Shown here: piece by piece, positions 9,801 to 18,885 of the stretch
Position numbering within the stretch: position 1 is the first letter of the stretch
Layout: each line of letters starts with the position of its first letter
IMG/VR virus record: IMGVR_UViG_3300023174_006980
Coordinates: 12,720 to 76,719 of that record
DNA length: 64,000 bases
Source: a virus
Reading direction: 5' to 3' (one strand)
The notes under the pieces: model-generated
The model's input: the letters and a program-made list of their open reading frames with translations, nothing else
Database searches by the model: none
What the model was told of the DNA's origin: nothing
Made by a program: the position numbers and the translations under genes

Positions 9801-11415
9801 TGGCGTTGTTCAATGGGCTAGAAAATATGGTGAGGATCTTTCAGTACCATCCTCATATGATTATGATTATGAGCCAACCTCAATAAAAGTAGATAGATTT
9901 GGTAATGTGATAGTTGTGGGATATAAAATAAAAAATAGAAACAATACAACTAACGAATTATCATCTAATTTTTATTTAAGATGGAACTGGGATGCAGAAC
10001 TAGAGGTTTCAACATCTCTTTTTAGCTCGCCTAGCTCCACATCCGGAAATATCATTGATTGTGTAGAAATAGATAAGGTCGGAAATACCTATGTTGCAGG
10101 GACATTTAATGGAACCTTGTCTGGCGGAAATTACACCCTTACAACTACACTTCAAAGTGTTTTTGTTGCTAGAATAGAGCCGGATGGAAATATCAGATGG
10201 ATCAATAAGCCAAACAGTGGAAGGAAAGAATGTAAGCCTTCAATAAGCTTAGGGAAATCGTTTGAAGATCTTTATTTAGGATATTCTTCGATCGGAACAA
10301 CTGATCAGATTGTTTATTTTAATAAATATTCAAGCTATGATTTTTTATCTAATTGGAGTAGAGAATTTTTAAATCCAAATAATGGAACATCTGTTATTTT
10401 ATTGGATCCATCTGCTATAGCAGAAACCAACATAAGTACATCTAAAAATGGTGACATTGCTTTAGCGTTAACATTTAATGGTCAATTAATCACAGAAGGA
10501 TTAACACTAACATCTGTTGGATATGATTCTAATGTTATTGGATCTGGATCTACCGACATAGGAATAATTAAGTTTAATGGATATAGAATTTTATGGGGAA
10601 AAACTGTAGGATCTAGTTCTATAGATTATGCGCATGATGTTAGTATAGATTCAGCAGGAAACATATATGTTGCTGGGTCTTATGGATCTCAATTAATTGT
10701 ATCGCCAGAATACACATATCCTAATTATTATCCAGGTCCTATAGGTAATTTAGATGTACTACTACTTAAATATTCACCAGAGGGGCATTTAATAGATGTA
10801 GTTACATCAGGTGGCGTAAATATAGACGAAGGTGTTTCTATGGGATTAGACGATGAAGATAATATTTATTTAACTGGATATTTGGTACCTAATGCTGATT
10901 TTATAAATTTTGGTGTGGATTCATTAACTGGTGGTGCTAAAGACGCATTTGTTGCCAAGATTAAAAATATGAAATATAAGAGCGGTAAAAAGATAGGAAA
11001 TGTATATTCCTGGCTGGGAGCAGAATCCTGGTCAGCAGGTGATGGTAAAATAACAAATAAAGAATTTGAAGTCCCTATAGGAACTACCGTTGTTTTCAAT
11101 CCTGTTGGTTCTTTTATACCAGGAAAGAAAAATCACATTTGGAGATTAAAATACGATGTAACATCAGAAACACTCATAGATATTAAAGATGCACAATCTT
11201 TCATTTGGACCTTTAATAAGCCAGGATTTTATTCACTATATCTTTCCGTAGAGGATACAAATGGCAACATTTCAGTATTTGATAGACAGGGATATATTAG
11301 AGTTATAAATCACAAAAATCCAGCTCCTGGAGAAATAGTTGATCTAGTAAATAGCGATACATTTAAAAGAAGAACAATATATCCTCCAGAAGCTGTAAGA
11401 CATGAGATTTCTTAA
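3811..11415 (+). CDS. Giant baseplate/virion protein (2534 aa) with beta-propeller and PKD-like domains
   Basis: GSYKGLINAIRFFGY (baseplate wedge-like), LWIATDDG/KWIGTSDG regulator-type propeller blades, DxxGNxYVxG SBBP-type blades, C-terminal WTFNKPGFYSLYLSVEDTNGN PKD-like motif. Confidence 0.65.
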   Translation: MNYNNLIFFNKSGHQTNLIWNGNFWEARLMLPRVSVDLFETEHFFIVEKFKDLTGKTVYGYPHITPDVNADSSAAGIYGEFVLGSNLIRTDVPPLQDYVGSKLFCAQFPNGSEILSVDPVNNTITIQDNAILSEINVTLLFNIWKVSFETTRNVIDFDLFTGLKASIVSGRDYITVNVDTDQIKYSEYKLVILGDGIPKDARITSASGKNIYLNKICNVTLTNSDVFIYPIEERNDVSEYIYQYNITEDVNLDAPILNVIQDAYYKIDYDSTETFSGTQRISDSITSSSVSINLTLNSPDEGIFGRTLVIEDLSLGYPKLIARIEIHGETIGEDERYKILLKNFGRSLNNEDAYIIRDSDPSEPYPDYDIVNTKRKELLLEGHEIFPYMGSYKGLINAIRFFGYQDLRIKEYWMNIKKSGRTPKSALSENQSVIDSINSQIGSQSTLIANIHDDENSGKYKQVEVYGKKDDGTYGIKSSLEQIFPSSSFKKTSLFGLYYDINRTVEDEFDEFGYPVVENVFAFSPEEVLIKLFGLKEKLKKDYLPLNARIIDITGEGVYFEIYKTRGWIDQLKIDELNQGIDVEISATPKFGYIEDLRPFGLRPNNSIPYTPYVGPDPFEYNYTTYGNVTLPTVANNYLSPTQSEKLANAIDSFYYERDHLGVPKYRLGDGDSKMGGYFKLGDGQKYEVPSGFPTVLEVTSFNLSWDELDNKWGNLDRNIAYYTTTTASLSNITSYTGNPLISSSVNYTFDPLTGFGQFFNVTLPTGIAYLTPSAGRLQLKFTSNSDSSYSFLAEVFTYNNSTGNAYVKLLWSKTDAALDNWKVELVNLFSDNVTLNYYDYSFHSDGYYSWGNLRFAGFYEIEWTVTKTGENPYKYQTRDKLNKYWRIPLILPYSGVYSVRCRVWNGFNDICTAYFNEYIEVKTREIEIVNVARFREAEVYTWDNTKRAWEDYDSRWLFPVERMIPKFQISENVDDAAEYGNQFNEGQECMVLKTFGEVVATAAVDFGLKPTKLTGFTSLRPGGGIGPVIATINPSYLPHTFANGDFVTIIDNNVGTLINRSGSYEISNVTTTGFTLPFTSTEILNPLLINIIKTGTITVSYDNNICGTVDFNGRLDSTLGNLMFSINNSTKEPKFGIDTIESSNITDPFVTEWLRVTFKAPLGSGSSFNGKVLSISMSGGIYAYNGLIPVQSYNAPIINGANSYDEYVDYEFNGDLPTENTRFYGTKALNWDAFDLLDWDNVYAQTWGMYDYHNDWLGGFSIYNIKNRDKLRVGKDTTGITMDESILPNLSLDYLDLNEACIQLNNSKDPGISKFTYSVNGFSKLPDNYGIGSSPIGAPLTALAIPYNESTDAYDVQTGTSPSMDAPTSITQNPSGDIIMGGDYFVKLFNSSTNIDAYPIGGEYVGCIPRKVYNDEYDNWWCYGERCQIPLVIYNRNNAESSLVFSTSPISGLQNAENNIIVPVPDSQFQIICLAVDGMTDNFAMYVRYKQYYTSPISSSEDVYKLLFYNASTKEFLDISTTGPAWNITDVYDIGNIVTYNGDCYLKINTQGNSSTFPASGSNANWEKIEFNTPGLIDLSVFSIRQMKYEYVGKKSNLWIATDDGVKIYNGFKISSLRIQNSGISSNDVYSICIDEVNSKWIGTSDGINYYDNERWGCWNHTSDPILPLGKTRNITNIGNGRIFFIVQLGEDNYNLVYFNGNSFKVYTNDPGTVNNFSPINYMDYDYEDLYVFINKVKSINGNFTKYPDDLFYLSEPYRTGDIYASPSLWDFTKFATYVDPVDTYLKKSNYLIPFIHAKSKYPGIEGWDFVHYTPYSPNIDPTIINNIGIGDSVINFSFIVGPLSGVTISGKDPQFPHVDRKSWKIPSWLRYDFDKVLDAFPGTDPDDLFLDAPLRDIIDGSASKEEYWKNSNVARSADRDSGNYIDEYEWVLRIGDTSDDKGISVFSADDGFVYVTGFFTGSIFLGPRNNTSSSTNTTLLSTNCRSIFVAKYNKFGVVQWARKYGEDLSVPSSYDYDYEPTSIKVDRFGNVIVVGYKIKNRNNTTNELSSNFYLRWNWDAELEVSTSLFSSPSSTSGNIIDCVEIDKVGNTYVAGTFNGTLSGGNYTLTTTLQSVFVARIEPDGNIRWINKPNSGRKECKPSISLGKSFEDLYLGYSSIGTTDQIVYFNKYSSYDFLSNWSREFLNPNNGTSVILLDPSAIAETNISTSKNGDIALALTFNGQLITEGLTLTSVGYDSNVIGSGSTDIGIIKFNGYRILWGKTVGSSSIDYAHDVSIDSAGNIYVAGSYGSQLIVSPEYTYPNYYPGPIGNLDVLLLKYSPEGHLIDVVTSGGVNIDEGVSMGLDDEDNIYLTGYLVPNADFINFGVDSLTGGAKDAFVAKIKNMKYKSGKKIGNVYSWLGAESWSAGDGKITNKEFEVPIGTTVVFNPVGSFIPGKKNHIWRLKYDVTSETLIDIKDAQSFIWTFNKPGFYSLYLSVEDTNGNISVFDRQGYIRVINHKNPAPGEIVDLVNSDTFKRRTIYPPEAVRHEIS

Positions 11416-12096
11416 TTATCTGTCGTGATATTCAGAATATACACTAAGAATTTCGGGAACTATTGGGTGTCTGTGATTTTTCTTAAGCGATATTACTTTT
11501 ACCCCAGTAACCCTTGATTCCACAATATTTAAGAAATCAAGACCAGATTCTTTTTTAGATTTTAAATCTATCTGGGAGATATCTCCACAAATCATAATTT
11601 TAGATGCTAGCCCTAATCTACCCAAAACCATTTCCATTTGACTGTTGGTTACGTTTTGAGCTTCATCAACTATTACACAAGAATTAAGAAAAGTTCTACC
11701 CCTCATAAAAGGGAAGGGAAGAATTTCTATAATATTATCTGCAACTAATTTATCAATTTTATCTTTGTCATAAAGCATATAAAGATTTGAGTAAATAGGA
11801 GCCAACCATGGGTCCATTTTTTCCTTTAAATCTCCTGGAAGAAATCCAATATCTTCCTTTGCAACTGTTGGTCTAGTTATGATAATTTTTTCAGCTTCCC
11901 TGTTAAACAATAGATCTAAAGCAATTTGACATGCTAAAAGGGTCTTACCTGATCCAGCCATTCCTCTAATAACAGTTACTGGGTTTTCTAAAATTAGCGA
12001 TTTTGCTTCTTTTTGTTCCTCGTTTAATTGAATTTGAAATTTGATAGGACCTTTGATCTTACCTTTTGGTGTTGATTCTTTTTCTTGTTTTTGCAT
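11416..12096 (-). CDS. phoH: PhoH-family ATPase
   Basis: GMAGSGKT Walker A, IITRP, GFLPGDLKEKMDPW, FMRGRTF, IVDEAQN, GDISQIDL, HRHPIV. Confidence 0.95.
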   Translation of the reverse strand: MQKQEKESTPKGKIKGPIKFQIQLNEEQKEAKSLILENPVTVIRGMAGSGKTLLACQIALDLLFNREAEKIIITRPTVAKEDIGFLPGDLKEKMDPWLAPIYSNLYMLYDKDKIDKLVADNIIEILPFPFMRGRTFLNSCVIVDEAQNVTNSQMEMVLGRLGLASKIMICGDISQIDLKSKKESGLDFLNIVESRVTGVKVISLKKNHRHPIVPEILSVYSEYHDR

Positions 12097-12188
12097 AAAA
12101 TATTAAGATTAATTTTCGAGAAACTAATGATCATTTTTGATGTATGATCAGTATTGAGGAAGAATTATTTCTTCATCTAAGCTTATTT

Positions 12189-12196
12189 GATATATA
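12189..12196 (+). promoter_or_regulatory. GATATATA putative late promoter
   Basis: ttGATATATAtatt, 22 nt upstream of ATG 12219. Confidence 0.65.
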
Positions 12197-12218
12197 TATT
12201 CAGAATAAAAAATAAAAG

Positions 12219-13130
12219 ATGATTACTATTCAGGAGATACTTGGAACAGACTCTATAGCAGGTTCTAGGTTAACAATTAACTCAAACTTCTTATTGGTTG
12301 AAAATGAACTTAATGATTTTGAAAACACATTTAATATCAATGTTGTTACAGGATCAATGGACGTTTCTCAGGCCACTAATGGACAGGTTAAAACTAAGAG
12401 TTTTTACTCAAACCAGGTGACTTTACCGTCGTCAGGAACATCAACTATTAATTTGTATGGAACAGGGGCTAGTGCGGGAAGTGCATCTTTTAGCGGGACA
12501 GTTTCTTCCACCCAATTAGCTATATCAGGGACAGGAGCATTTAATAATATTAATGCAACGGGTCCTGCAGTTTTTGGATCTACCGGTCAATTTGCAGGAG
12601 ATGTAACGTTTAGCTCTGCTATAATAAGTGGCCCAACAGGAAGCCATCAGGAGAAAAACTCTGCTGGTGCATCAGGCCCAACTAATGCGTTTGCCGTTCC
12701 CAGCTCAGGAGGCGGAGGAATAATAGGTACAATTGACAATCCCTATTCATTAACATTCACAGAGAGCGTTATCTACGCTGATTGCGGGAATGTTTCAGCA
12801 GGTGCTACTGGATTTTACTTTAGCGTTGTAGCTGGTGATGGTGGTGCAGTTGCTCCATCTGTTCCCCAAGGATTTAGATTAACAATAATAAACACTAATG
12901 CAGTAGCAGGTAAAATAGCTACCGGGGTGGTTAGTGCAACTAATACCTATTATACAGGTTTTAATACATCTGTAGCATCTTATAATAGCGAAATTACTGT
13001 TCCAGCAGGCCTTCCTTACAAAACATCTATAACTCTACAGTGGGAAAATAGAATAAATAAAACGGGGGGTTCTCAAAGAGGATCTTGGGTAGTAATATCG
13101 TCTACAGGATTCGAAGCAGGAGATATTTAA
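12219..13130 (+). CDS. Gly/Ser/Thr-rich virion protein (short fibre-like)
   Basis: 303 aa; N-terminal D-x8-INSNF anchor-like motif; follows the late promoter motif. Confidence 0.55.
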   Translation: MITIQEILGTDSIAGSRLTINSNFLLVENELNDFENTFNINVVTGSMDVSQATNGQVKTKSFYSNQVTLPSSGTSTINLYGTGASAGSASFSGTVSSTQLAISGTGAFNNINATGPAVFGSTGQFAGDVTFSSAIISGPTGSHQEKNSAGASGPTNAFAVPSSGGGGIIGTIDNPYSLTFTESVIYADCGNVSAGATGFYFSVVAGDGGAVAPSVPQGFRLTIINTNAVAGKIATGVVSATNTYYTGFNTSVASYNSEITVPAGLPYKTSITLQWENRINKTGGSQRGSWVVISSTGFEAGDI

Positions 13131-13145
13131 AATAACAAGAACTAA

Positions 13146-15329
13146 ATGGCTAAAACACCATACATTAGGCCTCTACAAATACAGGGCGGAACTTTTTATA
13201 CATTCAGTTCTGCTGCGGAGGATCTTACGTTTACTTTTAATAACACTACAAATAAATTTAGGTTTTCTAAATATGTTTTATTAAACCTTCCAGACTTTAA
13301 AAATCCCGTTTATGGGGATAATTCAATACAGTTTGATACCATTGATAGCGCTTTTTTAGATGTTGCCAACAATGAATTTACATTAGTAAATCCAAATAAC
13401 ACTAGTCCTAATTTGGAAGTATCCTTCCAAAACTATTGTTTAAATATGGAAGCAACTATTCTATCTTCACCTGATTATAACCCAACATTAAAAAGAAATA
13501 TTTCAGAAAGAGTATTTTGGAAATGGATTAAAGAGTTAGGTGCTATAAGATTTAGACCTGCCAATTCAAATGAAGTTATACCTGGATTAAATCAAAATTT
13601 AACAGGCACAACTGGCGGATTCCCATATTCAGATAAAAGATGGGTTGAAGAAGACGACTATGTTATTGGTACAGGAACTCCAACACCTAGATATTCTAGA
13701 ATTGTTAAATATGTTGGTGAGTGTGATATAGTAAATTCTGTACAAAGTAAGAATAATTCATACTCTGAAGTTTATATACATGTTCCCACAGAGGATGGTA
13801 ATACCCCTTTAGTTATGTTTAAAACAGTAGCTGATGAGAATTATTATCCAGGACAGATATTAACCAATTCACCAAATGATCCTGCAGATACCGAATATTT
13901 ACAAGGTAGGAGCTACTCTGATGGTGTTTATGGTCCTAATGGATTACCTAAGATTGCAATATTTGATCAGGATGTCGTAGGAGAACCTAATGTGACGGGT
14001 ACATCCTCAAAAGGTACACCGTTAACTGCACCTTGGTATTATCCAAGAAATACTGCTAATTCATATTACACAGACCCATCATTCTTTGATTCTGGAAATG
14101 ATATTATAGATAAGCATTTATCCTCAGGTACTTTTCATGTTAATTATAGAAGAAGCAAACTTGATGGTATTCAGATAGATTTTAATCCTGATAACTATAA
14201 GCCTATTATAGACAATCCAGCAATTAGTACAATTGAAGAATACAATGGAACAGTAGATTCTAATACTTTTGAATTTAATGCAGTTCTTCTTTATTATGAT
14301 GTGTATGATCCTAATAATCCTTCAGACGGAGAGACTAATCTTTATGGAGTCTTATTTTTAGAAGATATAGAACCAATATCTAATACAGGCGGAAGAATAC
14401 CTAGATTCAAGAAATATAAGCCAGATCCCCTTACTAAATTAAACGGTAATTCATACGGATTAAAGGTTAATATAAAATTTGATACTGACGTTGAAAATAC
14501 TGGTGTAGAATTAGCGATCAATGATTATTCATCATTTTCTCTTTCTATGTTCATGGATGCAGCAAATGTCTTACAGGAGGCTTCACGAACTTTAAACGAC
14601 CAGACTGTAGAGATGATTACTCTTGCTGATAGAGTTACCAATCTTGAAGGATTGGTTGTTAATATGGATGATAACACATCTATAAATGCAAGAATAAGCT
14701 CATTAGAGGATGCAATGATTGCAAATCAAGCTCTGTTTACTAACACACAAGATATCCTAGGATTGATAGAGAGAAACTATACAATGATGCAGAATATTCT
14801 AAACGGAAGAACTGATATTAAACTTTCCTACGATTTGGATTTAATTAAAAATGGAGAGGGTATCAATGTGGATAGATCCAATCTAAATAAATTAATACTA
14901 AATAATACCACACAAAATTATACCATACCTGATGGTAGCCAATATGTATTTACATTAAATACAACTAGTGGGAATACATTGGCGTTAAGTCAGTATGGAA
15001 ATTATTATAAGCACTCAAATTTTGGATTAGGAATAACACTGGAAAGCGATCTGATAATAAGAATAGATGATAGTGTTAACACATGGAAAAGAGGCCAAAC
15101 TTTTAGAATAGTATTTGATGACCAAGTTATATTAAATGGTAATAATATTTTAATATACACCGATGCTAAGGGTAATTATCCTTTATCATCACCATCTGGA
15201 TCATTATATGTTATTCTAGTTGGCGGATTTACAGAGAATCTTTTTAACACAGCTAACAACAAACCTATTTTTGATATAGTTTGTGTGGATGAAAAGAATC
15301 TGGTTTTTGAAATAGATCAAATAAGATAA
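13146..15329 (+). CDS. Putative virion structural protein (727 aa) with coiled-coil segment
   Basis: Long ORF in late operon; heptad-like segment LADRVTNLEG...ARISSLEDAM. Confidence 0.55.
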   Translation: MAKTPYIRPLQIQGGTFYTFSSAAEDLTFTFNNTTNKFRFSKYVLLNLPDFKNPVYGDNSIQFDTIDSAFLDVANNEFTLVNPNNTSPNLEVSFQNYCLNMEATILSSPDYNPTLKRNISERVFWKWIKELGAIRFRPANSNEVIPGLNQNLTGTTGGFPYSDKRWVEEDDYVIGTGTPTPRYSRIVKYVGECDIVNSVQSKNNSYSEVYIHVPTEDGNTPLVMFKTVADENYYPGQILTNSPNDPADTEYLQGRSYSDGVYGPNGLPKIAIFDQDVVGEPNVTGTSSKGTPLTAPWYYPRNTANSYYTDPSFFDSGNDIIDKHLSSGTFHVNYRRSKLDGIQIDFNPDNYKPIIDNPAISTIEEYNGTVDSNTFEFNAVLLYYDVYDPNNPSDGETNLYGVLFLEDIEPISNTGGRIPRFKKYKPDPLTKLNGNSYGLKVNIKFDTDVENTGVELAINDYSSFSLSMFMDAANVLQEASRTLNDQTVEMITLADRVTNLEGLVVNMDDNTSINARISSLEDAMIANQALFTNTQDILGLIERNYTMMQNILNGRTDIKLSYDLDLIKNGEGINVDRSNLNKLILNNTTQNYTIPDGSQYVFTLNTTSGNTLALSQYGNYYKHSNFGLGITLESDLIIRIDDSVNTWKRGQTFRIVFDDQVILNGNNILIYTDAKGNYPLSSPSGSLYVILVGGFTENLFNTANNKPIFDIVCVDEKNLVFEIDQIR

Positions 15330-15331
15330 AA

Positions 15332-18300
15332 ATGGCAGGAACAAAAAACTCAATAAGCTCTTTATTAGCACAATTTCTTAGACTCCAAAAGAATTCTTTG
15401 GAGATAATTAATAAGCTTAGTAATGCTACCACATCTAAACAAGAAACCGTTAGTGTTGAATTTTTAGATGATAATAATCAAACCTCTACGGTTTCTATAC
15501 CTTCTTGGGGTTATCTTATAAGTGAGATAAAAAGATTGGATGGAAATATAAAGGCTCTTAGCGGTCTTGATGATAATAATGCTAATGTTAGAAATGCTGA
15601 CGGAACAGTTTCTAGAATTTATCAATCAACCCCACTAGTAGATCCACCTGCCCCTGCTAATCTGCAAGTACCTACAAATTTTAAATATAGAAGTAATTAC
15701 TTTTTTGAAAGCTTTCTTAATCCTTTACTTTTTGTTTCTTTCGATCTTGATGGGCAAATAGATCCTGGAACAAAAAGAGTATTTATAAAAAGAATCATAG
15801 CTAATACCACAACAGATGCTCAGAAAAATTATTTTGATACAAATCTGAAAGGTAAAAATGACATGACAGATCTCGAGTTCATGAAGGAGCTAAAGGGTCA
15901 AAACATTTCTTATTTCATAGATGAAAATCCAGAGGATTTGCCACTTCAGGTTATAAGATATAATGGAGCATTTTCTGTTCTAAGAGTTTTTGATACAACT
16001 GTTCCTTTAACAGTAGATGGACAAATAGTAAATCAAAATGTAAGAAAGTATAAGCTAGATACAATTACATATAAAGATACAATATCCAATACAAATAGTG
16101 GTGATAGACAACTAAAGGTTGGTGACAGACTAATGACTAAAAATGGTAGTAAATTTGGAATAACATCAATTGATATTTCTGAATTCTCTGTTGTTCTTAA
16201 AAGATTAAGTGGATATGAGCCAGTTCCTATTGGAGCAGGAGCTTTAGTTTTAGATTCCGAGATGCTTTCTCCTTTACAGGTTAATGTAAACGTTGGGCAT
16301 GACGAGAGACAAGCAGTATACATAAAATCAATCAATGATGAGTTTCATGTTACTGGATCAGCATATAGCAATGGAGTAATTTTTTATTCCAATGAAATGA
16401 CTATAAATACATCTGAAGGATTAATGACTTTGGATAATTATTATAAAAATTATGTTTCAGATTTTGGAACTCAATTTTTATCAAACTCTAAAGAAAAAGT
16501 AATACCGTCTGTATATGGATTAAAGCCAAATACTCCTGTATTAAATTCCTCTAATTTTCAGGTTGTTCAAATTAACAAGCAAATAACTCAGACAACAACA
16601 TCTGATAAATTTACAAATACAGTACAGATAAAAACAAAGATCCAGAATGAAATAGATGCCTTAAATAAATCTATAGATCAAGCTAGAAATGAACTTGCAA
16701 ATCTTGTTAACGATTCTGTTTCTAAATATTCTAACACAGCAAGAGAAAGTATAATTAGTAAGATTGATTCTTTAACTAAAGAAAAAGCAACTAAGACAGC
16801 TTTGTTGCAAACAACAATACAAGATCTAAATAATATTTCTGATTCTGCTCCTGAAGTTAAAGAAGCACCTAAATATAGGGTTAGAGGATTTTGGCCGATA
16901 CCAGCAGGGGTATTGGATACTAAGACTGGAACACAGGAAGTTATACAATTCCGTGTTAGATATAGATATCTTACAAAACAGGGAAATGCAACTGCAACCG
17001 ATGAAATTAAATTTGCAGATAATGATGGAACAGAAAGAAAAGGAACTTATAGTAACTGGACAGAATACAAAACTGATGTTAGAAAGAAAGCATATAACTC
17101 AACAACAGGGAAATACTATTGGATGGATGAGGACGTATTAAATGCAGACGTTCCTAATATTAATCAATTAGATATACCAATAACATCAGGAGAGCAGGTT
17201 GAAATAAAAGTAGCTGCTGTTTCAGAAGCTGGATGGCCAATGAATCCTTTAGAATCTGATTTTTCTGCACCAATCATTGTTGATTTTCCACAAGAAAAAT
17301 CCACAGAAAATCCTAACAGCCAATATATTTCTCAAAATGAGAAGGACAAGATATTAATTGCAGTACAACAGGATTTAACTGCTAAAGGATTAGATACACA
17401 CCTTTCCACCTCATTTAATACAGGAGATAAGTATTATGCGCATGTTTCTAATGTCATATCTTCTGGATTTTATGATACAGGAGGAAAATCATTGGATCTA
17501 TACCAAAAGCTATTAGCCATGGATCAGGAGATAGCAAGCCTGAAAGCAATGATCACTGTTGCTAAGGGAGTTCTTACAGTTTATATAAACGACGGATCAA
17601 ATTCAATACCCATAAAAAGAGGAACTGTTGTTGAATTATTTGCAGGATATTATAATGAGCTATTAGATTTAACAAACACATCTAATAGAGGAAAGATAAT
17701 AACTAAGACCTATACTGTTGAATTAAAGAATGAAACTGCATCACCTTTAGAGCTAGCTTCTATTATACCCGGTGGGCAAAATACTATTGCATTAGATAAT
17801 ACGGATCAGAAGGCAACACAGGATTATAAAGATTTTAGAAAATATGATTTAACACCTATTTCTTTAACCAGTATTAGATCAAGTAACGTTATATCAGGAG
17901 CAACAGGATCTAATTCTTATGTACATGCATCTCCATATCAATCTGCAAATACAAATTCCCAATTCATATATCCAAGATTTAAATCTGTTGGATTTGATGC
18001 TGATCTTTATTTCAAGTCATCTTTATCTACAAATATAGCAGGACCTATACCAATGGATTTAGGGACAATGTTACCATTTGATCCAAATACAACATCTACA
18101 TCTACATCTACACCAGGAAATCAAAATACATCTGTATGGAACGGAACCTATGTTCAGCCCAATCCATCAGTACAAGTTTTTAATCCAGGCGGTGGCGGGA
18201 AATTAAATGAGTATTGTGTTCATATTAGTCACCCTACACTTATAAATGAGGCTTCGTCAACCAGAAGGTCTTATACGGCTTTAGTTAGACCAACACAACC

Positions 18301-18883
18301 AGCGACAGGAACTGCTGGATTTAATTATCCAGAATTTAGACATGCTGCAGGATTTTGGGTTACACCAACAGATGTTCTTAGTCCAACAATACACACACAA
18401 AAATTTGGATATCAGCAGCTAGCATACAATAAAATATTGGACACAAATTATGGATCAAGTAATCAAGCATATCCTGATAAATTAGGATTTAGCTCTGATG
18501 ATGAATTCTTAATAGGACAATACACATGTGGTTCATATCTTTTTATGGCCCCACCTAATCACTCCTCTGTACAGGTTGAGGGATCAACAACATTGGCTGT
18601 AAAATCTTTACAACCTGGATCTCAAAATAGCATAGTTGTTCCTATAATTTTCCAAATGAGATGCCAGGATAAACTTGGATATATTGGTGGATACAGATCT
18701 GGCGGTACAATTAGAAACGTAACCTATAGTAAAAGAATAGGATTAGATATAAAAGTAAATAACGAGGATCTTTTCTCCTTTGATGTTTCTATAAGTGGAA
18801 GTTATTCTAAAACTGCTCTTGTATCTCCTACATATTCTAATTTTAGAGATAATAATGGCATAACAAGGACAATAGCAGTATAA
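15332..18883 (+). CDS. Putative virion structural protein (1183 aa), central coiled coil
   Basis: Long ORF coupled to neighbours; KIQNEIDALNKSIDQARNEL coiled coil. Confidence 0.55.
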   Translation: MAGTKNSISSLLAQFLRLQKNSLEIINKLSNATTSKQETVSVEFLDDNNQTSTVSIPSWGYLISEIKRLDGNIKALSGLDDNNANVRNADGTVSRIYQSTPLVDPPAPANLQVPTNFKYRSNYFFESFLNPLLFVSFDLDGQIDPGTKRVFIKRIIANTTTDAQKNYFDTNLKGKNDMTDLEFMKELKGQNISYFIDENPEDLPLQVIRYNGAFSVLRVFDTTVPLTVDGQIVNQNVRKYKLDTITYKDTISNTNSGDRQLKVGDRLMTKNGSKFGITSIDISEFSVVLKRLSGYEPVPIGAGALVLDSEMLSPLQVNVNVGHDERQAVYIKSINDEFHVTGSAYSNGVIFYSNEMTINTSEGLMTLDNYYKNYVSDFGTQFLSNSKEKVIPSVYGLKPNTPVLNSSNFQVVQINKQITQTTTSDKFTNTVQIKTKIQNEIDALNKSIDQARNELANLVNDSVSKYSNTARESIISKIDSLTKEKATKTALLQTTIQDLNNISDSAPEVKEAPKYRVRGFWPIPAGVLDTKTGTQEVIQFRVRYRYLTKQGNATATDEIKFADNDGTERKGTYSNWTEYKTDVRKKAYNSTTGKYYWMDEDVLNADVPNINQLDIPITSGEQVEIKVAAVSEAGWPMNPLESDFSAPIIVDFPQEKSTENPNSQYISQNEKDKILIAVQQDLTAKGLDTHLSTSFNTGDKYYAHVSNVISSGFYDTGGKSLDLYQKLLAMDQEIASLKAMITVAKGVLTVYINDGSNSIPIKRGTVVELFAGYYNELLDLTNTSNRGKIITKTYTVELKNETASPLELASIIPGGQNTIALDNTDQKATQDYKDFRKYDLTPISLTSIRSSNVISGATGSNSYVHASPYQSANTNSQFIYPRFKSVGFDADLYFKSSLSTNIAGPIPMDLGTMLPFDPNTTSTSTSTPGNQNTSVWNGTYVQPNPSVQVFNPGGGGKLNEYCVHISHPTLINEASSTRRSYTALVRPTQPATGTAGFNYPEFRHAAGFWVTPTDVLSPTIHTQKFGYQQLAYNKILDTNYGSSNQAYPDKLGFSSDDEFLIGQYTCGSYLFMAPPNHSSVQVEGSTTLAVKSLQPGSQNSIVVPIIFQMRCQDKLGYIGGYRSGGTIRNVTYSKRIGLDIKVNNEDLFSFDVSISGSYSKTALVSPTYSNFRDNNGITRTIAV

Positions 18884-18885
18884 AA

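Noticed and set aside
12128-12150. TGATCAT-N9-ATGATCA inverted repeat upstream of phoH as an operator or Pho box
   Set aside because: Only 7-bp arms, single occurrence, and Pho boxes are direct repeats.
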